DNA from: Candidatus Marinacidobacterium sp.
Lineage (GTDB): Bacteria; Acidobacteriota; Vicinamibacteria; Marinacidobacterales; Marinacidobacteraceae
Direction of reading: 5' to 3'
Assembly: GCA_965204755.1 (NCBI GenBank)
Contig: OZ242011.1
Span: forward strand, 1,664,001 to 1,728,000
Length of the DNA: 64,000 nt
The position numbers and the translations under genes were made by a program. Position 1 is the stretch's first letter, and every line of letters begins with the position of its first letter. Positions 9,746 through 19,881 of this stretch are shown here, in pieces. Under the pieces are notes generated by a model. The model did not search any database. It was not told the DNA's origin and worked only from the letters and a program-made list of their open reading frames with translations.

Positions 9746-11365
9746 TCAGTTTCGCAGGTCGGCGGCGATCACGCGCGCCGCGTTGCGCCCGGAGATGAGG
9801 TGGAGGCCGCCGTACGGCGCCGTTCCCGGCCCGGCGAGGTAGAGCCCGCCGACCGGCGTCCGATGCCGCGCGAATCCGGGAACCGGACGCAGCGAATACA
9901 GCTGGTCGAGCGTCGGCTCCCCCTGGTGGAAACTGCCCTCGGCCAGGCCGAACCCGGTCTCCAGCGCCGCCGGCGAGACCACCCGGCGCCCGATGACCAG
10001 GTCGCGGATCCCGGGGAAGGCGCGTTCCAGCATCCGGAGCGCCGCCTCCGCCAGGCGCTCCTCGGCCCGGCGGGCCGGGGTTCCCCAGCCCCCGTCCTCC
10101 CGGAGGTCGTAGGGCGCGGACTGGACGGTCGCCGCCAGCGTGTGCCGCCCCGGCGGGGCGAGGCCGGAGGCGTGGGCCGAGGGGAGGAACGCGAAGACCA
10201 GCGGGTCGGCGGCGATCCGGCCGTACTTCGCCGCGTCCGCCGCCCGCTCCAGGTGGTCGAGGGTGGCGCCGATCTGGACGATCCCGTCCAGGCGCGGGTC
10301 GTCCGCTTCCCCCGCCGGCGCGTCGGCGAATCGCGGCCGGCCGGAGAGCGCGAACCCGATCCGGGCGGCCGTTCCCCGGTAGCGGATGCGCCGCGCCTCG
10401 TGGACGAACTCCGGTTCCAGCCGGGCCGCGCCCACCCATTCGAGCAGCGTGGCCCTCGGCGAGGCGTCGGAGACCACGGCGCCGCAGCGCGCCGTCCGCC
10501 CGTCCCGGAGTTCCACGCCGACCGCGCGCGGGCGGCCGCCGGGGCCGGGTTCCGTCAGGACGCGGCGAACCCCGCCGGAGCCGCTCTCGAAGTGGACTCC
10601 GGCGGCGCGCGCCGCTTCCCGGAGCGCCTCCCCCACCGCGGTCGCGCCCCCCTTCGGCGGCCGCAGGAAGCCCAGCGGCTCCGACGAACCGAAGGCGTGG
10701 AAGTGGAGGAAGAGCCCGGCGGTCCCCGGCGCCCGCGGCCCGAGCCGGATCCCGGTGAGCGCCGGCCCGGCCAGCGCCGCCTTCAGCGGTTCGGACTCGA
10801 ACCGGTCGTCCAGGTAGTCCCGGAGGGCCATCGGCAGCGCTTGGAGCAGCGCGCCGATCCCCCGGCCGCCGAGCCCCAGCGCCGAGACCGCGGCCCGCGC
10901 CGCTTCCGGCAACTTCGAGTCCAACTCGAGCGGCGGGCGGAGCGCCAGCCCGCGCAGGAAGTTGGCGGCGGCGTCCAGTTCCGCGGCGAACTCCGGGAAC
11001 CGGGAGGCGTCGGCGGCCGAGAGTCCGCCCGCCGCGCGCCGCGCCGCTTCCCGGCCGCGCGGCAGGCTGAAGGTCTCCCCGGTCTCCGGCGAGACGACGG
11101 TCAGCGCGGGGTCGGGAGCGAGGAACTCGAGACCGTGTTCCGCGAGTCCCAGTTCGCCGGCGGCGGTCGGGTCGAACGACGGCAGCGTCTCCGGCGCGAC
11201 CGGGAGGAGGAAGCCGGGCGCGATCTCGCAACTCGCCGCGACGCCGCCGGGTCGTCCGCGTTCGCCGACGACCAGCGCGCTCCGCCCGCCGCGGGCGAGC
11301 AGGATCGCCGCCGCGAGCGCGTCCGGGCCCCCGCCGACGGCGACGAGGTCGTAGCGGTCGCGCAT
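9746..11365 (-). CDS. Phytoene dehydrogenase-like FAD-dependent oxidoreductase (second of a pair)
   Basis: Rossmann VGGGPDAL; C-terminal GLYLAGPGTAPYGG. Confidence 0.85.
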   Translation of the reverse strand: MRDRYDLVAVGGGPDALAAAILLARGGRSALVVGERGRPGGVAASCEIAPGFLLPVAPETLPSFDPTAAGELGLAEHGLEFLAPDPALTVVSPETGETFSLPRGREAARRAAGGLSAADASRFPEFAAELDAAANFLRGLALRPPLELDSKLPEAARAAVSALGLGGRGIGALLQALPMALRDYLDDRFESEPLKAALAGPALTGIRLGPRAPGTAGLFLHFHAFGSSEPLGFLRPPKGGATAVGEALREAARAAGVHFESGSGGVRRVLTEPGPGGRPRAVGVELRDGRTARCGAVVSDASPRATLLEWVGAARLEPEFVHEARRIRYRGTAARIGFALSGRPRFADAPAGEADDPRLDGIVQIGATLDHLERAADAAKYGRIAADPLVFAFLPSAHASGLAPPGRHTLAATVQSAPYDLREDGGWGTPARRAEERLAEAALRMLERAFPGIRDLVIGRRVVSPAALETGFGLAEGSFHQGEPTLDQLYSLRPVPGFARHRTPVGGLYLAGPGTAPYGGLHLISGRNAARVIAADLRN

Positions 11366-11402
11366 CGGCGGCGTCAGGCGGGAGCCGGAGTGCGCCGGTC
11401 GC

Positions 11403-12986
11403 TCACGCGGCGGCGAGCATGGCGTCCGCGCCCAGTTTCCCCGGCGCGCCCATCACGCCGCCGCCGGGATGCGCCCCCGAACCGCACAGGAACAGCCCGC
11501 GCAGGGGCGTCGCGAACTGCGCCCAGCCCGGCGCCGGGCGGAGGAAGAACAACTGCTCCAGGCCGAGTTCCCCGGCGAAGATGTTGCCCTCGGTCAGCCC
11601 GGTGCGGCGCTCGATGTCCAGCGGCGTGAGTACCTGCCGCTCCAGAATGAGGTCCGGCAGGTTGGGCGCGTACTCGGCGAGCGTTGCGATCACGGTGTCG
11701 CCGAAGGCGTCCCGCTGCGCGTCCCAGTCCCCGTCCGCCGGGTCGAGGTGGTAGGGCGCGTACTGGACGAAGATGGACATCACCTGTTTGCCCGGCGGCG
11801 CCATACCCGGGTCGAGCAGCGACGGGATCAACACATCCAGGTAGGGCCGGCGGGAGAACCGTCCGTACTTGGCGTCGTCGTAGGCGCGCTCCATCGTTTC
11901 CCGGTCCGGGCTGATGGAGATGGAGCCGGCGAGGTGCGGCCCCGACCCGGGCAGCGCGGTGAAGTCGGGCAACCCGTCGAGCGCCAGGTTCACCTTGCCC
12001 GACGAACCGCGCAGCCGGTATCGCCGGATGCCGCGAACGAAGTCCTCCGGGAGTTCGTCGGGATCGAGCAACCGGAGGAAGGTGCGGTGCGGGTCGAGGC
12101 TGGAAGCGGTCTGCGCGGCGTAGATCTCTTCGCCGGACTCCAGGACGACCCCGGCCGCCCGTCCGGAGTCGTTCAGGATGCGGGTGACGCCGGCGCCGGT
12201 GCGTATTTCCGCGCCGAACGCTCGGGCGGCGGAGGCCAGCGCGTCCGCCACCGCGCCCATCCCGCCGCGCGCGAAACCCCACGAGCGGGAAGCGCCGTCT
12301 ATCTCGCCCATGTAGTGGTGGAGCAGGACATACGCCGTTCCCGGCGAAGAAATGCCGAGGAAGGTCCCGATGATGCCGCTGGCCGACATGGTGGCCTTCA
12401 GCGGCTCCGACTCGAACCAGCGGTCGAGGTAGTCGCTCGCGCTCGCCGTCATCAACTTCGCCAACTCGTGGAGCCGCCGGGGCCCGAGGCGCGAGAACCG
12501 CCCGCCCACCCGCGCCAGCCCGGCGAGTTCCGCCGGCCGGAGCGAACCGATGTCGGGCGGCCGGGTCATCAGCAGGTCGCGCACCGCCCGGCTGAGGTGG
12601 TGCATGTGGAGGCCGAACCGGGGGTAGTTGTCGGCGTCCCGCCGGGAGAAGCCGAGCAGCGATTCGCGGGTCTTCGCCGGATCGTGCCAACGGGTCAATG
12701 CGCGCCCGTCGGGCAGCGGGGTGAAGGTTCCGTCGAGGGGTTGCAGATGCAGCCCGTGCCGGGCGAGGTCGAGGTCCGCGATGATCTGCGGCCGCAGCAG
12801 GCTGACCACATAGGAGAAGACGGAGACGGTGAACCCGGGGAGGATCTCCTCGCTGAAGGTGGCGCCGCCGACGCGCTCGTTCTTCTCGACGAGAACCACC
12901 CGCTTCCCGGCCCGCGCCAGGTACGCCGCCGTAATGAGCCCGTTGTGCCCCCCGCCGATAACGACGGCGTCGTAGCGCTGGCTCAC
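11403..12986 (-). CDS. Phytoene dehydrogenase-like (PYROXD2-type) FAD-dependent oxidoreductase
   Basis: IGGGHNGL, YVLLHHYMGE, GLFLCGSGAHPGGGVMGAPG. Confidence 0.9.
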   Translation of the reverse strand: MSQRYDAVVIGGGHNGLITAAYLARAGKRVVLVEKNERVGGATFSEEILPGFTVSVFSYVVSLLRPQIIADLDLARHGLHLQPLDGTFTPLPDGRALTRWHDPAKTRESLLGFSRRDADNYPRFGLHMHHLSRAVRDLLMTRPPDIGSLRPAELAGLARVGGRFSRLGPRRLHELAKLMTASASDYLDRWFESEPLKATMSASGIIGTFLGISSPGTAYVLLHHYMGEIDGASRSWGFARGGMGAVADALASAARAFGAEIRTGAGVTRILNDSGRAAGVVLESGEEIYAAQTASSLDPHRTFLRLLDPDELPEDFVRGIRRYRLRGSSGKVNLALDGLPDFTALPGSGPHLAGSISISPDRETMERAYDDAKYGRFSRRPYLDVLIPSLLDPGMAPPGKQVMSIFVQYAPYHLDPADGDWDAQRDAFGDTVIATLAEYAPNLPDLILERQVLTPLDIERRTGLTEGNIFAGELGLEQLFFLRPAPGWAQFATPLRGLFLCGSGAHPGGGVMGAPGKLGADAMLAAA

Positions 12987-13267
12987 GGGGAACGGGGCGG
13001 AGCGGCGGTCTCCGGTGGCGCCGGCGGCGCGCCGGGCGCGACGCCCCTGCCGGTTGACCTCGACTCCCGCTCCGTGGATAGAATAAACGCCGGACGGGGT
13101 GGATCAAGAGTGCCGGCGCGCGCGTACGGAGAGGTGATCCGATCTGCGGCCTTTACCGACGGCTTGGCGCGTCGCCGACTTGGAGCATCCAGACGGCAGG
13201 CGCTCGGTAGAGCCGAGCGCGATTCCGCGGCCGGCGGTGGGTCGGAGTCTGACTCCGGAGATGAATC

Positions 13268-13972
13268 GTGATGAAGGGCGACATCCCTCACTACTTCCAC
13301 CGTGGTTTGAAGTGTTGGATGCGCCGTATCCACGAGGGGCAGTTGACGCTTCCGACCTTTCGGCCCGGTTCCGTGTGGGGCATCGGCCAAACCAAAAGCC
13401 TGATCGATTCGCTGTTTCGGGACCGTCCGGTCGGCACGGTTCTCCTGATGCCGACGGATGAAGAGCGATTTGACTCGCGCCCGATCCCGGGCGCGGCTGC
13501 AGCGACGCCGTCGGCCGGTAACGGCGAACTGATCTTGGACGGTCAGCGGCGCCTATCGGCGTTCTGGAGAGCCTTCCACGATGAGCCGGAGCCGCTCTTC
13601 GTCAGGATCAACGACTGGACCGCCGACTTCCTCGCCGTACTCGAGGTCGGGTCAGCCGCGGACCTCCGACTTCGCTTGGTGAAGGACGCGCATGCGGACG
13701 CGGCGATCTTGTTCGAAAGTCGGTGCATCCCGTTCGCGGTCCTCGGAATCGATTGCGTCACGCAATCGGATGGCGCAACATGGGACTGGTGTGATCTGGC
13801 CCTGCCGAATGACGAAGACCGCGCAAGACGCTTGTCCTTCCGCATTCAGCGAGATGTGGCGGGGCCGTTTCTGTACCGGGGACTGTGGCGCCTGACGCTG
13901 CCGAGTGGAATCTCGAAAGAGGAGGCCATCGAGATCTACACACGGGCCAACGAATCTTCCGCCGTGACCTGA
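13268..13972 (+). CDS. DUF262 (GmrS-like) domain protein, probably C-terminally truncated
   Basis: LPTFR..VW, SLIDSL, LILDGQRRLSA, IYTRAN motifs; stops immediately after the domain. Confidence 0.7.
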   Translation: MMKGDIPHYFHRGLKCWMRRIHEGQLTLPTFRPGSVWGIGQTKSLIDSLFRDRPVGTVLLMPTDEERFDSRPIPGAAAATPSAGNGELILDGQRRLSAFWRAFHDEPEPLFVRINDWTADFLAVLEVGSAADLRLRLVKDAHADAAILFESRCIPFAVLGIDCVTQSDGATWDWCDLALPNDEDRARRLSFRIQRDVAGPFLYRGLWRLTLPSGISKEEAIEIYTRANESSAVT

Positions 13973-14084
13973 ACCTGCCAGAGATGCGGCGAATCGCTGT
14001 CGCAAGTTCATCGTGGCGCTCACGAATGATGGGAACGGCGGTGAGGGCTCTGATCGCAGGGAAGGTGACACTGACAGACGACTG

Positions 14085-14125
14085 AGCGGGAGTAGAGCCG
14101 CGATCGCGGAGGAAGCCACGGTCAC
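14085..14125 (-). pseudogene. Vestige of a vapC toxin N-terminus
   Basis: GTGA overlap with vapB stop; MTVASSAIAALL resembles VapC MIVDSSAIVAIL with the Asp lost; no PIN sequence follows. Confidence 0.45.
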
Positions 14126-14379
14126 TTCGGCAGTCCCCGCTCGTCGTAGAGGAAGTCACCGATACCGGCGGAGGACGGCCCCGGCCGGAGCGCCTTCGCG
14201 CATCGCTCACCGATGGCGCGGATGTCGGCGATCAGGGTCGGATCGTTCCTGCGTCGCTTCTCGCGCTCGAGTCGTTCGCGCACGGAGTCGGTGATGACTT
14301 CGGTGGCGGTGCGGCCCGTGAGGGAAGCGAGTTCGCGGACGAGACGGCAGGTCTCTTCGTTCTCGATGTTCAGACTCAT
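14122..14379 (-). CDS. vapB: VapB-family antitoxin (Rv0623-like)
   Basis: MSLNIENEETCRLVRELASLTG...LYDERGLPK matches the family pattern. Confidence 0.85.
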   Translation of the reverse strand: MSLNIENEETCRLVRELASLTGRTATEVITDSVRERLEREKRRRNDPTLIADIRAIGERCAKALRPGPSSAGIGDFLYDERGLPK

Positions 14380-14383
14380 ACGG

Positions 14384-15592
14384 CTACCCTCGCCCCAGTC
14401 GTGTGGAACCGCAGGCGTTTGCGCTCACGGATCGAATCTTCTTCGGCAACAGGTCGAAGGTGTCCCCGTAGAGGTCGGTCAGCAGGTACGCGTCCCGATA
14501 GAGCAACCGTTCCTCCCGGACGGCGCGGACGACCGTCTCTGCGAATCGACGGCCGATCCGCCACCGTTGGGCGTTCCAGAACGCGGCCCCGTCGGTGGCC
14601 GCCGGCGCCGCCTTCGCCGAGAGTCGGCATTTTCGATAGCAGGCCCGGAACCGGTCGCCGCTGAGGTAACCCAGATCGAGAGCCCGGCGAGCGCTGACGA
14701 CGGGGCTGACCCGGAAACGCTGGGCCACCGAATCGAGCGGATTGTCCTGCGTGGCGATTCTCCGCCAATACGCTCGGAATTCGGTCTCCGGTAAGAGGAG
14801 TTCACCGGCAGCGCGGTCGCACAAGCGCTCGTTTCCGGGGTGGCCGGTCTGGAACTGCTCGAACCCGGAGACGCCGGATCGGCCGAGGGCCAAGTGCGCC
14901 AACTCGTGCGCCAGGGTGAACATCTGCGCCGCCTCGGAATCGGCGCCGTTGACGAACACGAGGGGGGCGTGCGGATCGAAAAGCGCGAATCCCTGGAACT
15001 CGTCGGGATCCAAGGCGCGGCCGGCGTCGTTCCCGACGACGCCGCTGAAGGTCACGAGAATACCGGCGGCTTCAGCGCGGTCACGCAATTTGTCGAACGC
15101 CTCCCTCCAACCGGCGGTCGGCGAAGCCCAGCCGTCACCGAGGTCCAGCGCCTCGCGGATCGTGCGGGCGACGGCGCGGGGCGTGTCGGTGGGCGTGTGC
15201 GAAGCGACGAAGGTCACCGGCGCCGCTCCCGAGTCGGCGAGTTCGTCTCGCATCCACGCCTGCCGTCGCAGCATGTCCCCGATGACCTCCATCAACTCCG
15301 GGCTCGCCAGGTCCACGGAGTCTCCGTCCCGCGTTCGATAGTCCGGAACGGGAAGGCCTTCTTCGGGCGGGCGGGACAAGTAGAGGAATCCGAAGGGCGT
15401 CCGCGTCTCGGACGACAGAGCCTCGATTTCGACCGGGCTCACCATTCCGGTTCGCTCCCACCCGGATACTCGCTCGGGCGCGACGGCCATCGCCCCCGCC
15501 AACTGCGTGATCGAAAAACGCGCTCGCTTGCGCGCCCACCGCAGCACATCCGGCTGCAACCTGAGTTGCGTTCGAGGCGCGCCGGAACTCAT
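14384..15592 (-). CDS. XRE HTH plus ImmA/IrrE metallo-endopeptidase
   Basis: N-terminal HTH (LRWARKRA...VSGWERTG); FTLAHELAH zincin motif. Confidence 0.9.
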   Translation of the reverse strand: MSSGAPRTQLRLQPDVLRWARKRARFSITQLAGAMAVAPERVSGWERTGMVSPVEIEALSSETRTPFGFLYLSRPPEEGLPVPDYRTRDGDSVDLASPELMEVIGDMLRRQAWMRDELADSGAAPVTFVASHTPTDTPRAVARTIREALDLGDGWASPTAGWREAFDKLRDRAEAAGILVTFSGVVGNDAGRALDPDEFQGFALFDPHAPLVFVNGADSEAAQMFTLAHELAHLALGRSGVSGFEQFQTGHPGNERLCDRAAGELLLPETEFRAYWRRIATQDNPLDSVAQRFRVSPVVSARRALDLGYLSGDRFRACYRKCRLSAKAAPAATDGAAFWNAQRWRIGRRFAETVVRAVREERLLYRDAYLLTDLYGDTFDLLPKKIRSVSANACGSTRLGRG

Positions 15593-15660
15593 GCGACGAG
15601 ACTCTATCTCCGACTTCCGGCAAACCGTCGGTCTCCTCTGAACGAGGCGGAGTGGGCAGA

Positions 15661-15701
15661 ATGATTATCGAAAACAATATAATGATGACTACGATAATCA
15701 T
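15661..15701. promoter_or_regulatory. AT-rich inverted repeat (operator-like) enclosing a TATAAT -10 box
   Basis: ATGATTATCG (15661-15670) and CGATAATCAT (15692-15701); TATAAT at 15678-15683; overlaps ATG 15700. Confidence 0.6.
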
Positions 15702-17082
15702 GCGTTTCCTCGACCGTGGCGACGAATTCCGGCGGCTGGATGCCGCCTTGGCGCGACCGGGCGGGTTCGCCGCGATTTGGGGGCGGCGGCGGGTGGGGAA
15801 GACCCGGCTGCTGGTGGAGTGGTCGAAGCAGCGGGACGGCCTCTACGCCGTCGCGGACGCATCGGCAGCGACGGTCCAGCGGCGGTATCTCGCCGAGGCG
15901 ATCGCCACTCGATTCCCCGGTTTCGCCGATGTCGAGTATCCCGACTGGCGGTCGCTGCTGGAGCGCGTGCGCGCCGAAGCCGCCGCGTCCCGGTGGCCGG
16001 GGCCGCTGATCCTCGACGAACTGCCCTATGTGATCGCGGCGGATCCGTCGTTCGTCGGCGTCCTGCAGAACTGGCTCGACCGGCCCGGCCCCCGTCCGGT
16101 GCTGGTAGTCAGCGGTTCGAGTCACCGGATGATGGCCGACGCCCTGTTCGACGCCGCCGCGCCGCTCTACGGTCGGACGGCGGAGGCCTTCGCGGTCCGC
16201 CCGCTGCGCCCCGGCCATCTCGCCGAGGCGTTTCCCGGTTCCTCCGCCGCCGAGCAGGTGTCCCTCCATGCGCTCTGGGGCGGGATGCCGCGCTACTGGG
16301 AACTCGCCGCGCCATTCGGGACCGACCTCGCCGGGGCGGTGGACGCGCTGGTCCTCGATCCCGCCGGGCCGCTCCACGACGAACCCGACCGCCTCCTGCG
16401 GCAGGAAATGCCGTCCGCGATATCGCTCCGGCCCGTGCTGGATGTGATCGGCGCGGGAGCGCACCGGCTCAGCGAAATCGCCGGCCGGTTGGGCAAGCCG
16501 GGGTCGAGCCTCTCCGGGCCGCTGGCGCTGCTGCAGGAGATGGAGTTCGCGCTCCGCGAGACCCCGTTCGGCAGCCCTCCCCGCTCCGGGAAACGCAGCC
16601 TCTACCGGTTGGCCGACCCGTTCCTGCGCCTGTGGTTCCGCGTCGTGGCGCCTCGCCGCGCCGCCTTGGCCGCCGCTCCGCCGGAAACCCGCCCGGCGTA
16701 CTGGAACCGGGTCCGCCGCTCACTCGAAGCGTCCGCTTGGGAAGAACTCTGCCGCCTCGCCGCGCCGACGCTCCACCGTGGCGATTCGCCCCTCGGCGCC
16801 CTCGGCCCCTGGGAGCCGGCGCAGCGCTATTGGCGCGGAAACGAACCGGAACTCGACCTCGTGGCCCGCTCCGTGGACGGCAAACGCCTCCTCGTCGGCG
16901 AAGCGAAGTGGCCGGCCGCAAGCCGCGCGACCGGCAAACCCCCTCTTCCCGATCCCTCCCGCCTACCGGGAGTCGAGCGGTATGAAGTCGTCCACGCTTA
17001 CTTCACGCCGCATAGGACCCGCCGGAAACGCGGCGATGTCCACTTCGTGGACGCCGAAACAGTCCTCGCCGCGCTTGCCTGA
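15700..17082 (+). CDS. ATPase_2-type (archaeal-type) ATP-binding protein with C-terminal DUF234/PD-(D/E)xK-like domain
   Basis: FLDR start, GRRRVGKT, ILDELPY, GGMPRY, DPFLRLWF, ELDLV...GEAKW. Confidence 0.85.
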   Translation: MRFLDRGDEFRRLDAALARPGGFAAIWGRRRVGKTRLLVEWSKQRDGLYAVADASAATVQRRYLAEAIATRFPGFADVEYPDWRSLLERVRAEAAASRWPGPLILDELPYVIAADPSFVGVLQNWLDRPGPRPVLVVSGSSHRMMADALFDAAAPLYGRTAEAFAVRPLRPGHLAEAFPGSSAAEQVSLHALWGGMPRYWELAAPFGTDLAGAVDALVLDPAGPLHDEPDRLLRQEMPSAISLRPVLDVIGAGAHRLSEIAGRLGKPGSSLSGPLALLQEMEFALRETPFGSPPRSGKRSLYRLADPFLRLWFRVVAPRRAALAAAPPETRPAYWNRVRRSLEASAWEELCRLAAPTLHRGDSPLGALGPWEPAQRYWRGNEPELDLVARSVDGKRLLVGEAKWPAASRATGKPPLPDPSRLPGVERYEVVHAYFTPHRTRRKRGDVHFVDAETVLAALA

Positions 17083-17149
17083 ACCGCCGGCCGTCGAACC
17101 GCCGACGGGGAATGCGGTCACATTCCGCGAAGGCGCTCCGTCCCGGCGC

Positions 17150-18241
17150 CTACCTCCGCAGCGCCAGGCCCCAGGGTGAAGCGCCGGCGGGGAGGCGGGC
17201 GATTACGGTGAGGGAGGCGGTGTCGAGGACGCTGACATCGTTGGAGGGGCCGTTCGCGGTATAGACGAAGCGGCCGTCGGGGGAGACGGCGATACCCCAA
17301 GGGCGTTCGCCGACTTCGACATCGGCGGTGACTTCGCCGGTGGCGAGCGCCACTACCGAGACGGTCTTCGAGCGGCCGTTCGCCACATAGAGCGTCCCGG
17401 AGTCGGGCGACAGCGCGACGCCCATGCTGCGGGAGCCTTCCGGCAGCGTGATCGTCCGGCTGACGCGGTTTTCGGCGACGACGATTTCGGACACCGTGCC
17501 GTCGATCTCCGCCGACACATACGCGAACTGCCCGTCGGGGGTGAACACGGCGTCCCGCGGGCGGTGGCCGACGCCGATGCGGGCGATCTCGTCGCCGGTC
17601 GCCGTGTCGAGGACGGTGACATCGTGGTCGGTTTCGCCGGTCACATACGCCAGCGTCCCGTCGGGGCTGATGCGGACGCCCTCCGGTTCCCGGCCGACCG
17701 GCACGGTGCGGAAGATTTCGCCGGAGGCGAGGTCCACCAGACTGGCTTCGTCGGAGTCCTCGTTGGACACGACGATGCGCATTCCGTCCGGCGTGATGTC
17801 GAAGGTCTCCGGGTCGGAGCCTCCGGGGAGGATGCGGGTGCGCTCCGCCGACCGGAGGTCCACTTCGGCGATGCCGTCGAGGGTCTTGTCCGGTTCGGCG
17901 CATTCCTCTTCCTCCATCCACGGCGGACACTTCGGCGAGCCGGAGAGCGCCACATAGGCGAACTCGCCGCCGGGAGCCACGCGCACGCCGCGCGGGCGGG
18001 TGCCGACTTCGATCTCCGCCGTTACTTCGCCGGTTTCGAGCGCGATGAGGCTGATCGTTCCCGCGTCCTCGTTCGAGACGAGCAGCGTGCCTTCGCCGTA
18101 CGAGCCGGAAACCGCCGGCGCGTCCGGCGACCCCGCGTCACCCGCCGGCGCTTCGCCGCCGGGCGCGCCGCACCCGCCGAAGACCAAACCGCCGAGCGCC
18201 GCGGCGAAGAGCCGCCGCAGAACCGTCGTCCTCCGGTTCAC
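17150..18241 (-). CDS. YVTN beta-propeller lipoprotein associated with the PQQ operon
   Basis: GTG 18241 overlaps the PQQ gene stop; lipobox FGGC; repeated VGxxPxG...SPDG...YV units. Confidence 0.85.
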   Translation of the reverse strand: MNRRTTVLRRLFAAALGGLVFGGCGAPGGEAPAGDAGSPDAPAVSGSYGEGTLLVSNEDAGTISLIALETGEVTAEIEVGTRPRGVRVAPGGEFAYVALSGSPKCPPWMEEEECAEPDKTLDGIAEVDLRSAERTRILPGGSDPETFDITPDGMRIVVSNEDSDEASLVDLASGEIFRTVPVGREPEGVRISPDGTLAYVTGETDHDVTVLDTATGDEIARIGVGHRPRDAVFTPDGQFAYVSAEIDGTVSEIVVAENRVSRTITLPEGSRSMGVALSPDSGTLYVANGRSKTVSVVALATGEVTADVEVGERPWGIAVSPDGRFVYTANGPSNDVSVLDTASLTVIARLPAGASPWGLALRR

Positions 18242-19881
18242 TCGTTCTCTCCCGCGCCGCCTCCGTCCGCGCCGCCCACGAGACCGAAGGTGAACAGCGA
18301 CTGGCCCGTCGCGACCGTGATGAACTGTTCCCCGTCCAGCGCGAAGGACATCGGCGCCGCGCGCACGCCGCCGCCGGTTTGGAAGTCCCACAGCGGCTCG
18401 CCGGTATCGGCGTCCAGCGCGAACACATTGCCCTCGTTCGTCCCGCTGAAGACCAGCCCGGAAGCGGTCGCCAGGACGCCGGACACCGCCGGCGTCAACT
18501 GCTTGAACTCCCACCGGAGGTCGCCGGTGAGCGCGTCGAGCGCCCGCACCGCGCCGTAGGTCTCCTCCGTCTCCGGCCGCCGCTCGCCGCCGCCGAGGAA
18601 CGGCGTCCCGGGGACATACTCCACATCGCTCTTGAAGTAGATCGAAGACATCTCCCGGGTGGGAACGAACAGCGTCTGCCGGTTCGGGTCGTAGGCCGGG
18701 CTGTACCAATTCGTCGCGCCGGCGAGACTCGGCCAAACCAGCGTGCCCTCCTCGGACGGGTCCATACCCGGAATGAGGATCGGGCGCCCGTTCTCGTCTA
18801 TCCCTTCGGCCCAGGTCTGCGTGGCGTACTGCGTCGCCCGCAGGAACTGGCCGGTTTCCCGGTCGAGCACATAGTAGAAGGCGTTGCGGTTGGCGAGGAT
18901 CACCAGTTTGCGCGGCGTCCCTTCCCATTCCGCGTCCACCAGCACCGGGATCTGGTTCGCGTCCCAGTCGTGGGTGTCGTGCGGGGTGAACTGGAAGTGC
19001 CAGCGCAACTCGCCGGTCTCCACATCCAGCGCCAGGATCGAGCAGGTGTAGAGGTTGTCGCCGGGCCGCACATCGCCGTTCCAGTCCGGAGCGGGGTTGC
19101 CGATGCCCCAATAGAGCAGCCCCAGTTCGGGGTCGTAGGAACCGGTGAGCCAGGTCGCGCCGCCCCCGGTCTTCCAGGCGTCGCCTTCCCAGGTATCGCC
19201 TCCCGGTTCGTCCGGCGACGGGACGGTCCAGAACCGCCAGGCCCGCTCGCCGGTCTCGGCGTCGTAGGCGTCGAGGAAGCCGCGCACGCCGGCCTCGCCG
19301 CCGCTCATGCCCACGATGACCTTCCCGTCCACCGCGAGCGGCGCGGCGGTGATCGCGTAGCCGACCGCGTTGTCGGCCATCGGCACGCTCCACCGGACAT
19401 CGCCCGTAGCGCGGTCGAGCGCGATGACCCGCGCGTCCAGCGTCCCGAAGAACACCGATTCGCCGAGCAGCGCCACCCCCCGGTTCGCCCGCGGGAACCC
19501 GATGTTCAGGGTTTCCTCCGGGACCACCGGGTCGTAACGCCAGAGCCGGCGCCCGGTATGGGCGTCCAGCGCGGCGACGGTGCTGGGCGGCTCGCTGATG
19601 TACATGACGCCGTCCACCACCAACGGGGTCACTTCGACCCGCCCGGCCGTGCCGGTCTGGTAGATCCACGCCGGGCGCAGCCGGGAGACATTCCCCGGCG
19701 TGATCCGGTCGAGGCGGGAGTAGCGCTCCGACCGGTAGTTGCCGTTGTAGTGGAGCCAGTCGGACGGCTCGTCATCGGTTGCGACCAGTTGCGAGTACGA
19801 AACCTGGGCCGCGCCCGGCAGGGCGAAGAGCCCGGAGAGGAGGGCGGCCAGCGCGCCGCCCGCGAGAGTTCGAGTAGTCAT
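18238..19881 (-). CDS. PQQ-dependent dehydrogenase, methanol/ethanol family (acidobacterial type)
   Basis: Signal peptide; TPLVVDGVMY, GGEAGVRG, GNPAP, TPHDTHDWD, GATNW. Confidence 0.9.
   Translation of the reverse strand: MTTRTLAGGALAALLSGLFALPGAAQVSYSQLVATDDEPSDWLHYNGNYRSERYSRLDRITPGNVSRLRPAWIYQTGTAGRVEVTPLVVDGVMYISEPPSTVAALDAHTGRRLWRYDPVVPEETLNIGFPRANRGVALLGESVFFGTLDARVIALDRATGDVRWSVPMADNAVGYAITAAPLAVDGKVIVGMSGGEAGVRGFLDAYDAETGERAWRFWTVPSPDEPGGDTWEGDAWKTGGGATWLTGSYDPELGLLYWGIGNPAPDWNGDVRPGDNLYTCSILALDVETGELRWHFQFTPHDTHDWDANQIPVLVDAEWEGTPRKLVILANRNAFYYVLDRETGQFLRATQYATQTWAEGIDENGRPILIPGMDPSEEGTLVWPSLAGATNWYSPAYDPNRQTLFVPTREMSSIYFKSDVEYVPGTPFLGGGERRPETEETYGAVRALDALTGDLRWEFKQLTPAVSGVLATASGLVFSGTNEGNVFALDADTGEPLWDFQTGGGVRAAPMSFALDGEQFITVATGQSLFTFGLVGGADGGGAGENE

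Noticed and set aside
9746-12986. Carotenoid biosynthesis (crtI) assignment
   Set aside because: No crtB, crtE or crtY nearby, and the motifs fit the PYROXD2-like branch
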